A stretch of 64,000 nucleotides of DNA from a candidate division FCPU426 bacterium (GTDB taxonomy: Bacteria; Oederibacteriota; PGYV01; Palsa-1178): contig CAWIXE010000002.1 in assembly GCA_963840035.1 (NCBI GenBank), positions 1,440,001 through 1,504,000 of the forward strand, given 5' to 3'. A program made the position numbers and the translations under genes. Shown one piece after another: positions 29,077-39,140 of this stretch (position 1 is the first letter of the stretch; each line of letters begins with the position of its first letter). Under the pieces are notes generated by a model that was not told where the DNA came from, did no database searches, and worked only from the letters and a program-made list of their open reading frames with translations.

Positions 29077-29859
29077 TTATTTTATGATTTCCTTATATGG
29101 CGAATCAGGTATGGATGAAAGCAGGAGTTTTGTATAATCGCTTTTGGGGGCGCCATAAACCGCTTCCACAACACCCTGCTCTTCTATCCTTCCCCTGCGA
29201 AGTATTATAACCCTGTGAGCGAGACTTTTTACTATCCTTAAATCATGTGTTATAAAGAGCATGGTTATGCCCTGCTTGTCATTGAGCTCCATCAGCAGCG
29301 AGAGAATCTGCGCCTGTACTGATACATCAAGCGAAGAAACAGGCTCGTCGGCAATTAAAACCTCCGGTTTCATGGACAGCGCCCTTGCCAGGACCACGCG
29401 CTGCCTCTGCCCGCCTGATATCTCATGCGGGTATTTATCTCCGATATCGTCTTTAAGACCTGTCATTTCCAGGTACCCGCGCGACGCTGCCTTGAGTTCT
29501 TCCCCTTTTAAGCCAAAATGAAAAGCAATAGGCTCCTTGATTGCCTCAGCAACCTTCATCCGGGGGTTAAGCGACCCGAATGTATCCTGAAACACATATT
29601 GGACTTTCCTTCGTTCCCCGGGTACATCATATTTCGTTTTTTCACCGTTTATTAGTATTTCCCCCGAGTCGCGCGTTTCAAGCCCTGCCACGCAGCGGGC
29701 TATGGTAGTCTTGCCGGAACCGGACTCCCCGACAAGCGCGAGTATTTCCCCTTTTGATACGGAAAAAGTCACCCCGTCAACCGCGGTTACTGTTTCCTTT
29801 TCCCCGGAAAACATCGCCTCTGCTATGAATGTCTTTTTTAGATCTTTGACCTCAATCAT
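29077..29859 (-). CDS. oligopeptide/dipeptide ABC ATPase (OppF-like)
   Basis: GESGSGKTT, YPHEISGGQRQR, ADEPVSSLDVSVQAQ; ATG 29859. Confidence 0.92.
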   Translation of the reverse strand: MIEVKDLKKTFIAEAMFSGEKETVTAVDGVTFSVSKGEILALVGESGSGKTTIARCVAGLETRDSGEILINGEKTKYDVPGERRKVQYVFQDTFGSLNPRMKVAEAIKEPIAFHFGLKGEELKAASRGYLEMTGLKDDIGDKYPHEISGGQRQRVVLARALSMKPEVLIADEPVSSLDVSVQAQILSLLMELNDKQGITMLFITHDLRIVKSLAHRVIILRRGRIEEQGVVEAVYGAPKSDYTKLLLSSIPDSPYKEIIK

Positions 29860-29916
29860 TTTTCCTCTTTTGTTTGTATTAAATGTCATTTCTTATTTCA
29901 CTACCCAAACGGTGTT

Positions 29917-29979
29917 GTAGGGGCGATTCACGAATCGCCCGCCCTGGCCCTTGTTGGGCAATTCATGAATTGCCCCTAC
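29917..29979. repeat. GTAG-type REP doublet
   Basis: gtaggggcgattcacgaatcgccc...gggcaattcatgaattgcccctac; inverted copy at 51443-51504. Confidence 0.8.
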
Positions 29980-29999
29980 AAAAACAACTTAGATTGCAT

Positions 30000-30950
30000 T
30001 TAATACGGGTAAAAGCACCGTACACCGTTTTCAAGCATCGGCCTGTTTTTAGAGCATTTCTCCTGCGCTTTTGAACATCTGCCGTAAAACGAACACTGCT
30101 CCCTTAATTCCCTCAGGTCCGGAACCGCTCCCGGTATTACCTTAAATTTCCGTTTTTTGTCCCTTATGCCCGGTATTATCTCAAATAACGCCCTGGTATA
30201 CGGGTGCTTTGCCTGTGCCTCATTTGCTATGGCGCCATCCTCTGCTATCTCACCGGCGTACATCACAACCACCCTGGAGCAAAGCTCCACCGCCAGGTGC
30301 AGGTCATGAGTGATGAGTATCAGTGTCAGTCCTTTTTTCTCTTTAAGTCTTTTAAGCAGCGCTATTATCTGCGCCTGGACAGTGACATCCAGCGCGGTTG
30401 TAGGCTCATCAGCCACCAAAATTTTCGGCGAACATGAGAGCGCTATGGCTATCATGACCCTCTGCTGCTGCCCTCCCGAGAGCTGGTGCGGGTAAGAATG
30501 ATATACGCGCCTTATTTCGGTTATACCGGCGTCTTCAAGCAGTTTCATGGCTGTTTCTTCAAGTATTTTTTTATCCCTTATTTTCCTGTGGTTCATAATT
30601 GTCTCTTCCAGCTGTTCTTTAACGGTAAAAAGAGGGTTAAGCGACGCTGCCGGATCCTGGAATATCATTCCGATTTCCGCGCCCCGCAGCGCCTCAAGTT
30701 CCGCGGCAGTACTGCCCGTAACCTGCCTGCCGTTAATTTCTATACTGCCGGAAAGCGATGCGTTCTTCGCCAGTAAAAGCATAAGGGATGACGCCAGCGT
30801 TGATTTCCCGCACCCTGATTCCCCGACTATCGCCACTGATTCCCCCGCATTTATGGATATGGAAACATCACGGAGGGCATGTATGAAGCCGCCTTTTACC
30901 CGGTAATCAACTTTGACATCTTTCAGTTTCAGCATGGCAGCGTCAGCCAT
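30000..30950 (-). CDS. oligopeptide/dipeptide ABC ATPase (OppD-like)
   Basis: GESGCGKS, YPHQLSGG, DEPTTALDVTVQAQ, HPYT, C-terminal Cys cluster. Confidence 0.93.
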   Translation of the reverse strand: MADAAMLKLKDVKVDYRVKGGFIHALRDVSISINAGESVAIVGESGCGKSTLASSLMLLLAKNASLSGSIEINGRQVTGSTAAELEALRGAEIGMIFQDPAASLNPLFTVKEQLEETIMNHRKIRDKKILEETAMKLLEDAGITEIRRVYHSYPHQLSGGQQQRVMIAIALSCSPKILVADEPTTALDVTVQAQIIALLKRLKEKKGLTLILITHDLHLAVELCSRVVVMYAGEIAEDGAIANEAQAKHPYTRALFEIIPGIRDKKRKFKVIPGAVPDLRELREQCSFYGRCSKAQEKCSKNRPMLENGVRCFYPY

Positions 30951-31759
30951 TATTCTTCCTTCTTCAGGCGCGGGTTGAAAAAATCACGCAGCCCTTCGCC
31001 GAGTATGTTATAAGAAAATACAGCTATAAAAATCGCCATGCCCGGATAGATTACCAGCCACCACGCGGTTTCTATGTAATCCTTGCCTGATGTAAGGATA
31101 TTCCCCCAGCTTGGCATGGGCGGCTGGACACCAAGCCCCAGGAATGAAAGGCCTGACTCCGTAAGTATCGCCCCTGATATCCCGAATGTCATGTAAACAA
31201 ATACGGGGCCAAGCGTATTTGGAAGTATGTGCTTAAGTATGATATCCCTTTTTGACAGCCCGATAAGCCTCGCCGCATCCACATATGCCAGCTTCTTTAT
31301 GGCCATGACCTCAGCCCTGATTATCCTTGCTATGTCCGTCCATGAAGTAAGTCCTATTATTATCATGATATTTATAAGTGAGGGCCCGAGAAAAACAATC
31401 AGCATTAATATTAGAAAAAGCGTGGGAATAGTCAGCATTATATCAACAAAACGCATTATCACGTTGTCAATCCAGCCTCCAAAGTACCCCGCAAGGGACC
31501 CCAACAAAACGCCTATAATGGTTGAAATAAGCACCGCTATTATCCCGACAGTTATGGATACCCTGGCGCCGTAAACCATACGCGTAAAAAGGTCCCTGCC
31601 AAGCTCATCCGTCCCGAAAATGTGATTTGCAGACGGTGGCTGAAGCCTGGAGGCTATATCCTGGTTTTTAAAGTCATATGTGGTAAGAACAGGCGCGAAA
31701 ATAGCGATAATAAAAAGCATTACCGCGGCTATGGCTCCTGTCCAGATCATTTTGTTCAT
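30950..31759 (-). CDS. oligopeptide ABC permease (OppC-like)
   Basis: HIFGTDELGRD, HILPN, LSFLGLGVQPP..SWG. Confidence 0.93.
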   Translation of the reverse strand: MNKMIWTGAIAAVMLFIIAIFAPVLTTYDFKNQDIASRLQPPSANHIFGTDELGRDLFTRMVYGARVSITVGIIAVLISTIIGVLLGSLAGYFGGWIDNVIMRFVDIMLTIPTLFLILMLIVFLGPSLINIMIIIGLTSWTDIARIIRAEVMAIKKLAYVDAARLIGLSKRDIILKHILPNTLGPVFVYMTFGISGAILTESGLSFLGLGVQPPMPSWGNILTSGKDYIETAWWLVIYPGMAIFIAVFSYNILGEGLRDFFNPRLKKEE

Positions 31760-31796
31760 ATTTCCTCCGTGAACTCAAAAATCAAAAATTGTTTTT

Positions 31797-31875
31797 GTAG
31801 AGACGCAGCTTGCTGCGTCTCAGATCTTAGCGGTTAACACCGGCAAAGGCGAGACACAGCAAGCTGTGTCTCTAC
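31797..31875. repeat. GTAG-type REP doublet
   Basis: gtagagacgcagcttgctgcgtctc...gagacacagcaagctgtgtctctac. Confidence 0.8.
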
Positions 31876-31963
31876 AAGATCTAAAACTCTCTGTATTTTT
31901 ATAATAAAACGTGCAAAAGCACACCATAATTGTTAATTCTTAATTGTAAATTGTTAATTGCCC

Positions 31964-32935
31964 TTATTTGTACCGTATCCTCGGATCCACAAACGCGTAA
32001 CTAATGTCAGCAACAAGATTCCCCAGAAGCGTTAAAAAGGCAGCTATCGTCACGTCCCCCATAATAACCGGATAATCAAAACTCATTGCAGCTTCATAAG
32101 CCAGCCTTCCCATGCCGGGCCATGCGAAGATGGTCTCAAATATGAAACTTCCTCCGATAAGTCCGGGAAGCGACAACCCTAAAAGCGTAATGACCGGCAG
32201 TAACGAGTTCTTTAGGGCACTTTTGTATATAATCGTTTTTTCAGGCATGCCTTTCGCGTATGCTGCTGTTATGTATTGCTGCGACAGCGACTCGATCATG
32301 CTTGATTTTACATACCTTGAGATATACGCCAGCCCGCCAAACGCGGTGATAAACAGCGGAAGCACCATGTGCCAGGCTATGTCCGCGGCCTGCTCAAACG
32401 GGTTCATCATGTCAAAATTCATTGAAGTCATTCCTGATACCGGCAGTATCTGCCATTTGACGGCAAATGTCATCATGAGGATCAGGGCAAGCCAGAACCC
32501 CGGCACAGAGTAACCTATGAAGGTTATAGTGGTCATTACCCTGTCATAGGCTGAATTGCGCTTTAAGGCGGAGGTAACGCCGATTACTATTCCGAATATG
32601 AAAATAAGGACGAGGGCGGATATGTTAAGCAGCAGGGTCGCGGGAAGGCGCTCCGCGACTTTTTCCAGAACAGGCCTGTTGTCTATAAATGATTCCCCGA
32701 AATCAAGTCGCACAAAACGCCATAGCCATCTTAAGTACTGCTCGTGCAGCGGCTTGTCAAGGCCGTACAGAACCTTTAATTTTTCCATGGAGTCCGGGTT
32801 CACCTTCATGTTCATTTCCATATTAGCGCGGACAAACCCGCCGGGGGTAAGATGAATAATGGCAAAAGTAATTATGGTGATGCCCAGAAGCACCGGTATT
32901 ATAAGCAACAGCCTTTTAAGGATGTACTTTTTCAC
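31964..32935 (-). CDS. oligopeptide ABC permease (OppB-like)
   Basis: YILKRL, GLDKP, DFGES, RLPAT, FAWPGMG, DPRIRY. Confidence 0.93.
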   Translation of the reverse strand: MKKYILKRLLLIIPVLLGITIITFAIIHLTPGGFVRANMEMNMKVNPDSMEKLKVLYGLDKPLHEQYLRWLWRFVRLDFGESFIDNRPVLEKVAERLPATLLLNISALVLIFIFGIVIGVTSALKRNSAYDRVMTTITFIGYSVPGFWLALILMMTFAVKWQILPVSGMTSMNFDMMNPFEQAADIAWHMVLPLFITAFGGLAYISRYVKSSMIESLSQQYITAAYAKGMPEKTIIYKSALKNSLLPVITLLGLSLPGLIGGSFIFETIFAWPGMGRLAYEAAMSFDYPVIMGDVTIAAFLTLLGNLVADISYAFVDPRIRYK

Positions 32936-32980
32936 TTGTTATTCCTTTGCGTTAGTTAATTTTTTTCGTGATATCCGGCT

Positions 32981-33093
32981 GTCATTGCGAGGAGGCGTCC
33001 CTGTAGTTTGCCGACGAAGCAATCTCGTTTTAATCCTGACAAACAGCAAGATTGCTTCGTCGCCGCAAAACAAAAACGGCTCCTCGCAATGAC
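32981..33093. repeat. GTCATTGCGAGG-type palindromic element (no shell)
   Basis: Same core as 3033-3184, 24324-24436 and 47761-47873. Confidence 0.8.
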
Positions 33094-33123
33094 ACACAAA
33101 TCCCAATCTTTCATTACAAAAAT

Positions 33124-33157
33124 AAAAAGCCCTCTCCCGAAAAGGAGAGGGCTTTTT
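33124..33157. terminator. intrinsic terminator of the sugar ABC operon
   Basis: aaaaagccctctcc-cgaaaa-ggagagggcttttt. Confidence 0.75.
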
Positions 33158-33184
33158 GCATATATTGTCTAAACCTTAATGTGA

Positions 33185-34420
33185 TTAACCTTTTAACCCT
33201 GTTGTCGCTACGCCTTCTATGAAGAACCTCTGTCCAAAGAAGAACGCGAGCAGTATGGGCAGCAGCACTATCGTGGAAGCCGCCATCATCAGATCATACG
33301 CCGTGCCGTACATGGTGGTAAATGTCTGCAGCCCCAGCGCGAGCGTGTAGTTTGAGGTGCTGTTTAAGTATATAAGCGGATTTAAGAAGTCATTCCAGTT
33401 ATATACGAACCCGAATATCGCAATCGATGCCATAGCCGGCTTAACCAGCGGGAGCAGGATCATCCAGAATATCTGGAAGTAGTTGCAGCCGTCAATCTTC
33501 GCGGCGTCATCGAGTTCGGTCGGTATGGTCATGAAAAACTGTCTCATTAAAAATATGTTAAACGCTCCGCCGCCGAAGAAACAAGGGACGATAAGCGGCG
33601 CGAAGGTGTCAATCCAACCCAGGTACTTGAAAAGCACAAAGGTGGGTATCATGGTAACCTGCGCCGGGATCATCATGGTGGATATCATCAGCAAAAAGTA
33701 CTGGTCCCTGCCCGGAAACTTGAACCTGGCAAAACCGTATGCCACAAAAGAACAGCTTAAAAGCACGCCGAATATGGCGGAGGCCGTGATTATAACCGTA
33801 TTCATAAGATACTTTGTAAATGTCTCGTCAAGCGCTTTGGGAGCCCATGCTTTGGGGTAGTTGGACCACTGCGGATTTACATCCGCCAGCTTCTGCCCGA
33901 TTTTTGCCTCATCCCCGTCTTTTACGACGATCTTGGTATCCTGTGAAACAGTGTATTCTTTTATTACCACGCCTTTTGTGTCTGTTATCCTGATAAGCTT
34001 TGAAAGGTCCATATTCTCAATAATCTTAACTTTGCCGCTGCCCGGAAGGGTCGCGATGATATCGCCTTTTTTAACCTTATCTTTATTTTTTACCCTCAAT
34101 GTGGCGTATGGCGGGATTACCTGGCTAAATGAACCCAGCTGTATCCTTTTGGTGCCGTCATCGTCTTTTTCTATCTTTATTTTCCCGTCAAACTTTGCCG
34201 CTATCTGCGGTTCATAAGTCAGGTATACCTTTGAATACGGAAGCCACTTTGGCGGCATCGTAAATATCTGGTCCGGCGCCTTAAGCGACGTGGAAATCAT
34301 CCAGACAAGCGGAATCACAAACACAAGCGCGCCTGCCCAGGCTATAATATACAGCATCCAGCTTACCAAATGCGACTGCAGCTTCTGGCTTGCCCAAAAT
34401 CCCAAATCTTTTTTAGCCAT
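33185..34420 (-). CDS. carbohydrate ABC permease (MalG-like) with ~120-aa extracytoplasmic insertion
   Basis: TSLK, AYGFARFKFPGR, ELDDAAKIDG (EAA loop), WNDFL.PL; insert between PPKWLP and PQWSNY. Confidence 0.92.
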   Translation of the reverse strand: MAKKDLGFWASQKLQSHLVSWMLYIIAWAGALVFVIPLVWMISTSLKAPDQIFTMPPKWLPYSKVYLTYEPQIAAKFDGKIKIEKDDDGTKRIQLGSFSQVIPPYATLRVKNKDKVKKGDIIATLPGSGKVKIIENMDLSKLIRITDTKGVVIKEYTVSQDTKIVVKDGDEAKIGQKLADVNPQWSNYPKAWAPKALDETFTKYLMNTVIITASAIFGVLLSCSFVAYGFARFKFPGRDQYFLLMISTMMIPAQVTMIPTFVLFKYLGWIDTFAPLIVPCFFGGGAFNIFLMRQFFMTIPTELDDAAKIDGCNYFQIFWMILLPLVKPAMASIAIFGFVYNWNDFLNPLIYLNSTSNYTLALGLQTFTTMYGTAYDLMMAASTIVLLPILLAFFFGQRFFIEGVATTGLKG

Positions 34421-34483
34421 ATTAAAAACCTCCGGATTAATTATTATATTTTTTATTGGTCATTAGTAATTGGTAATTAGTAA

Positions 34484-35404
34484 TTATTTCTTAAGTTCTC
34501 CCTCGTAGTGAACCCATCCGCCCGCCACTTTAAACTGCAGGAGTGTGAATACCAGGATGATTATGAAAAGCATCCATGCGATAGCCGAGGCATATCCCAT
34601 GTTGTGGAATTTGAAAGCCTGCTGGTATATGTAAAGCACCATAACCAGGGTTGAATCCGAAGGTCCTCCCTGTCCGCCGGTCATAACGTAAACCTGCGTG
34701 AATATCTGGAAGGACCAGACTATCGACATAATAAGATTGAAGAATATGACCGGGGTTAACATCGGTATGGTCACGTGCCAGAACTTCTGCATCATACCCG
34801 CGCCGTCTATCTCGGCAGCCTCGTAAAGCTGCCTTGGTATACCCTGAAGCCCGGCTAAGTAAACTATCATGTTTCCGCCGACTCCCCAGAGGCTCATAAT
34901 CACAAGAGCGGGTTTTGCCCACACTTCATCGGCCATCCACTTCGGTCCTGCAATTCCAAGCATTGAAAGCCCGTAGTTAATAAGTCCGAAGTCCGGATTT
35001 AAAAGCCACATCCAGATAATCGCTGAAGCAACACCGGCCGTAACTGACGGCAGGTAGTATATGGTGCGCAAAAGACTCACAGTCTTCCACTTCTGGTTCA
35101 TAAGCATGGCCACCAGTACGGAACCCACGATAGCGAGCGGTACTGAGAAGACCGTGTAATAGAATGTGTTAAAAAGGCTGGCCAAGAACCTGGTATCGCC
35201 GAACATGTGTATAAAATTGCCGAAAGCGACAAACTTCGGCGGTGTAATAAGGTCCCAGTCGCAGAACGCGAGTATAAGCGACGCGATAATCGGGCCTCCC
35301 GTAAAGAATATCATTCCAAGAATCCACGGCATTAAGAACACATAGCCGAAAACCGATTCCTGGGTGGACATTTTCATCCTGCTTTTTTTAATTTGGTTTT
35401 CCAT
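34484..35404 (-). CDS. carbohydrate ABC permease (MalF/UgpA-like)
   Basis: LAGLQGIP..LYEAAEIDGA, MGYASA. Confidence 0.93.
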   Translation of the reverse strand: MENQIKKSRMKMSTQESVFGYVFLMPWILGMIFFTGGPIIASLILAFCDWDLITPPKFVAFGNFIHMFGDTRFLASLFNTFYYTVFSVPLAIVGSVLVAMLMNQKWKTVSLLRTIYYLPSVTAGVASAIIWMWLLNPDFGLINYGLSMLGIAGPKWMADEVWAKPALVIMSLWGVGGNMIVYLAGLQGIPRQLYEAAEIDGAGMMQKFWHVTIPMLTPVIFFNLIMSIVWSFQIFTQVYVMTGGQGGPSDSTLVMVLYIYQQAFKFHNMGYASAIAWMLFIIILVFTLLQFKVAGGWVHYEGELKK

Positions 35405-35574
35405 CACGTTCCTCCGGATTTTTTTGTTTACCCGCCGGCCTTTAACCTGCTTTTAGCGGGCCCGTGTTTCTGTGTTTATTTGTAGGGGGCGCGTCTTGCG
35501 CGCCCTTGCGTATGATTCCGTTTGTTCAGGGCGGCCGCGTTAAAGGCGCGGCCGCCCTGTATGTGGGTCAATGG

Positions 35575-36879
35575 TTACTTTGCTTCTCCGCTGAAAAAGT
35601 TCTCGTTAATTTCAGGGGCAAGTTTCTTCATAACATCTTTCGCCTTGTCCTTGCCGTTCCATACCCTGTCTAAAGCCGGCGCTATCATGGAAACGTTGAT
35701 CTCTTCCCATTCCGGCATAAGCGGCATGAACTTCACGTACTTTACCGCTGTCAAAAGCAGGTCTTTGTGTTTCGGGGCTTTTCCGTCCAGGAACGCCTTT
35801 GATTCGGCGATCTTCTTCATGGCCGGCTGCGCGAGCCCTGTTTCCGCGAGCATTTTCTGTCCTTCTGCTCCGGCTAAATATGTAACAAGCTTCCATGCCG
35901 CTTCTTTCTGTTTTGATTTGTTCACAACTGCGTATCCTGAACCGCCGGTTAAGTATGCTTTTTCTCCGGTCTTGCTTACCGGGAACGTGACAACATCCCA
36001 GTCAAAATTCTTTATCTGCGCCCTGAAAAGCGGCGTCTTCCAGATGCCCGAGAAGAACATCGCGACCCTCTCGGATACGAACATATCAGCGGTACCCATG
36101 CCGCCCATGGCGGTCATCTGCGAGGGTGACGGTGTCACTCCCCACTTATTGATAAGATCTGACCTGAACTGGATGGCTTCGTATACGGCCTTTTTATCCA
36201 TGATGCATTTCTTCGGGTTCTTTACGTTGTCGACCATACCGCCGCCGTTGGAGAATACAAACTGCTCCCAGATGGGCCAGTCATCCACGTAGCCGTACTG
36301 TGTCGTCATTTTATTAGCGTCTTTTAAGGTAAGTCTTTTTGCGGTCTTTAAAAAATCATCCCATGTCCAGCTGTCTTTCGGGTATTTTAAGCCGGCATTA
36401 TCAAACATTTTCTTGTTGTAATAAATGGTGCAGATAGGCGCTATGTCGCGCGGAAGCACATAAAGCTTCCCGTCAACTGTAAACCTGTCCACTATCTTTT
36501 CATAGAAATCAGAGATTTTAAACGAGGTTTCTTTTTCGAGATATGGCGTTAAATCTTCGAGCACGCCTTTCTGGGCGAATTCCTTAAAGTTGTTTACTTC
36601 GATAAACAGGACGTCAGGCGCGCTTCCGCCCGCAAACTGCGTGAGGACTTTTTCCATGTAAGGCGGGCCGGACGGCGCTCTTTCAGCCTTTACCTTAAAG
36701 CCGGTCTCTTTTTCGAACTTGCCTACCATTGTTTTGATGATTTCAATCTCGCTGGGGTCTCCCCAGTACATAAACCTGAGTTCTTTGCCTCCGAGGATCG
36801 ATGCTGCGTTACATCCGGTGAGAATTACCAGTGCCAAAGTCACGAAAACTGCCAATAAAATTAGAAAACCCTTTCTCAT
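35575..36879 (-). CDS. carbohydrate ABC substrate-binding lipoprotein
   Basis: Lipobox LTGC; APDV, DGKLYVLP, YYNKKMF..AGL.YP...WTWDDF. Confidence 0.93.
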   Translation of the reverse strand: MRKGFLILLAVFVTLALVILTGCNAASILGGKELRFMYWGDPSEIEIIKTMVGKFEKETGFKVKAERAPSGPPYMEKVLTQFAGGSAPDVLFIEVNNFKEFAQKGVLEDLTPYLEKETSFKISDFYEKIVDRFTVDGKLYVLPRDIAPICTIYYNKKMFDNAGLKYPKDSWTWDDFLKTAKRLTLKDANKMTTQYGYVDDWPIWEQFVFSNGGGMVDNVKNPKKCIMDKKAVYEAIQFRSDLINKWGVTPSPSQMTAMGGMGTADMFVSERVAMFFSGIWKTPLFRAQIKNFDWDVVTFPVSKTGEKAYLTGGSGYAVVNKSKQKEAAWKLVTYLAGAEGQKMLAETGLAQPAMKKIAESKAFLDGKAPKHKDLLLTAVKYVKFMPLMPEWEEINVSMIAPALDRVWNGKDKAKDVMKKLAPEINENFFSGEAK

Positions 36880-37130
36880 GCTTCCCTCCTCAAAATAATT
36901 TCAAAAAATTAGGAACATTGTTCTATTATTTTACCTTTTTGGCATGAAAAGTCAAGGGGGTTTTAGAAAGAAAAGGCATTTTCAATTTTATATTTTCAAT
37001 TTTGAATTAAATGCCTTAAAACACAAACAATTTACGACATTTCAATCCATATAAGAAACGGGCGCATATAATGCGCCCGCTACAAAAGCCTTTGTTTTCA
37101 ATCGAAAATTGAAAATTTCAAATTGAAAAT

Positions 37131-37823
37131 TTATTTTCCGTTCGTATCCGACTTTACCCTTCCGTCCTCAAGCACCACGGTCCTTTTTGCCTCTTCCATG
37201 ACCCTGGGGTCGTGGGTTGAGAATACAAAAGTAACACCGTGTTCCTCATTTAAATGCTTCATTATCTCCATTATATTGCGGCCGTTCTCCTTATCAAGGT
37301 TTGCGGTAGGCTCGTCCGCGAGTATCAGCTTTGGGTTTGTAATAAGCGCCCTTGCCACGGCGATCCTCTGCCTCTGGCCTCCGGAGAGTTCGTCGGGCTT
37401 GTGTTTTACAAATTCCCTTAATCCCACATCGTCAATAATCTCATCCACCATTTTTTTGCGCTCCGCGGCCGGCCTGTTCTGTATTACAAGCGGAAACTCT
37501 ATATTTTCGTAAACGTTCAGCACGGGTATCAGATTGAATGTCTGGAAGATAAACCCTATGTTATCGCGCCTGAGCACTGTTGCCTGGCTGTCATTGAGTT
37601 TCGAAACGTCATATTTGTCGAAAAGGCGCACCTCTCCCGATGTCGGCGCGTCCAGGCAGCCCACGAGGTTTAAAAGTGTCGTCTTGCCCGAGCCCGAAGG
37701 CCCGATAATGCACATGAAATCTTTTTCCTTAATCTCAAGGTCTACCCCCTGAAGGGCGTGAACCTTTGTCTTGCCCAGGGTGTATTCCTTTTTTACGTTT
37801 TCAATTTTTACGACGTTTGCCAT
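37131..37823 (-). CDS. ABC ATPase (LolD/MacB-type)
   Basis: GPSGSGKTT, IGFIFQTFNL, LSGGQRQR, ADEPTANLD, STHD. Confidence 0.93.
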   Translation of the reverse strand: MANVVKIENVKKEYTLGKTKVHALQGVDLEIKEKDFMCIIGPSGSGKTTLLNLVGCLDAPTSGEVRLFDKYDVSKLNDSQATVLRRDNIGFIFQTFNLIPVLNVYENIEFPLVIQNRPAAERKKMVDEIIDDVGLREFVKHKPDELSGGQRQRIAVARALITNPKLILADEPTANLDKENGRNIMEIMKHLNEEHGVTFVFSTHDPRVMEEAKRTVVLEDGRVKSDTNGK

Positions 37824-37902
37824 GATAATACCTCCTATATTAAAGTTCCATCTTCCATTTCCCTCTCCCTCTTAGGGAGGGGGTCAGTGGTGAGGGTGCA
37901 GT

Positions 37903-39000
37903 CTAAAAGTACGCGTTAATCCTTAGCTCTACCGTGTTATAAATATTAAAGGAATACGTCCCTTCATTTATGCCAACGCGCGTTAAATTTTCAAGCAGCG
38001 CGAGCTGTATGTCGTAATTCTGGTTCTCGACATAACTTACGGATGGAAATATTAAAGTCGTCCCGTCATCCAGGCCATGCAATCCTGTTATGCCGAACCC
38101 GAACTTCTGGTCTAAAACATAATTGACAGTATATGCCAGGTAATCCACCTTTGAAAGTCCGTGCGCGAAACCCAGCGTCCTTATCTGCGTCTCAAATGTG
38201 TCATTGCCTGACCCGTTATTATTTCTGTAGAATTCAATTACGGCGGAAAGCTCGTCAGAAATCATTTTGGACAACCCTATGGAATAGCTGTCGCTGTAAT
38301 CCCTGTCCCCGAAAACGTAATGAGTGCCCGCCTCTACCTGTTTCATGTCGTATTCGGCGTTAACTACGGCAAAACCGGCGTCCCATGATATGGCCGCGCC
38401 AAATGATTGCGCTCCGGGCTTATAAATGTAATTGGCATAAACATCGCATGTGCCTATCATTTTATATAGCTGAACCGCGCCGTCAAAACTTCCGTATATT
38501 CCGCCATATCCGAAAGCTCCTGTAGGAAGGATTATCAATGATGACGTAACAATATCGCTCGAATACTCGGCGCGCAGGGCAAAAACGCCTTCCAGGTCTT
38601 CCGTTGTCCTGAAGAGGTTTTTAGCCGGCTGCAGATTATCTGACGGATTCCAAAAATAACCTGTCCCCCACTTTATCCTCTGTTTTCCCGCGTAAACCAC
38701 AAACGGCCCGTTCGCGATAGTAACGTACGCGCTGTCAATATTGTAATCAAGCGACGTGGTATCCGGATAAAGATAAAACCTTCCGTCAAAATTCAGCGTG
38801 ACCTGTTCCATTGCCTGCTTTGCCTTAAGCCGTATCTTCTCATAGGAATTAACAGCCTTAAGCGTGCCGGGGTGAAAATACGGCAGACTTTTGATAAAGT
38901 TCGCGTAACTGACATCAGTGACCGAATCCACGTTTATGTCCATGGCGTAAGTTATTGTTGCAGACATTAAAATTGTCGCGATCAATAAAAACTTCTTCAT
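37903..39000 (-). CDS. putative outer-membrane beta-barrel protein
   Basis: Signal peptide from ATG 39000; GKQRIKWG.G.FWNPSD motif; C-terminal aromatic residue (INAYF). Confidence 0.75.
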   Translation of the reverse strand: MKKFLLIATILMSATITYAMDINVDSVTDVSYANFIKSLPYFHPGTLKAVNSYEKIRLKAKQAMEQVTLNFDGRFYLYPDTTSLDYNIDSAYVTIANGPFVVYAGKQRIKWGTGYFWNPSDNLQPAKNLFRTTEDLEGVFALRAEYSSDIVTSSLIILPTGAFGYGGIYGSFDGAVQLYKMIGTCDVYANYIYKPGAQSFGAAISWDAGFAVVNAEYDMKQVEAGTHYVFGDRDYSDSYSIGLSKMISDELSAVIEFYRNNNGSGNDTFETQIRTLGFAHGLSKVDYLAYTVNYVLDQKFGFGITGLHGLDDGTTLIFPSVSYVENQNYDIQLALLENLTRVGINEGTYSFNIYNTVELRINAYF

Positions 39001-39140
39001 TTTTTGCCTCGCTATCCGAATTAATATCCTGCTTTCGAACCGCCACACACTTTCGCTGAAGCTTCAGCGTGCAAGCACGGGGCGGCCCCTACAGGGTTGT
39101 ATTTAATTCAAAATCCAAAATCCGGAATTCAGAATCCGCC

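Noticed and set aside
33875..34237. rpoC fragment from misassembly
   Set aside because: The insert is in frame and seamlessly flanked by permease motifs, with only motif-level resemblance to RpoC.
36913..36923. LexA (GAAC-N4-GTTC) box
   Set aside because: The spacer is 3 nt and the downstream gene is a sugar SBP; at most an unassigned operator.
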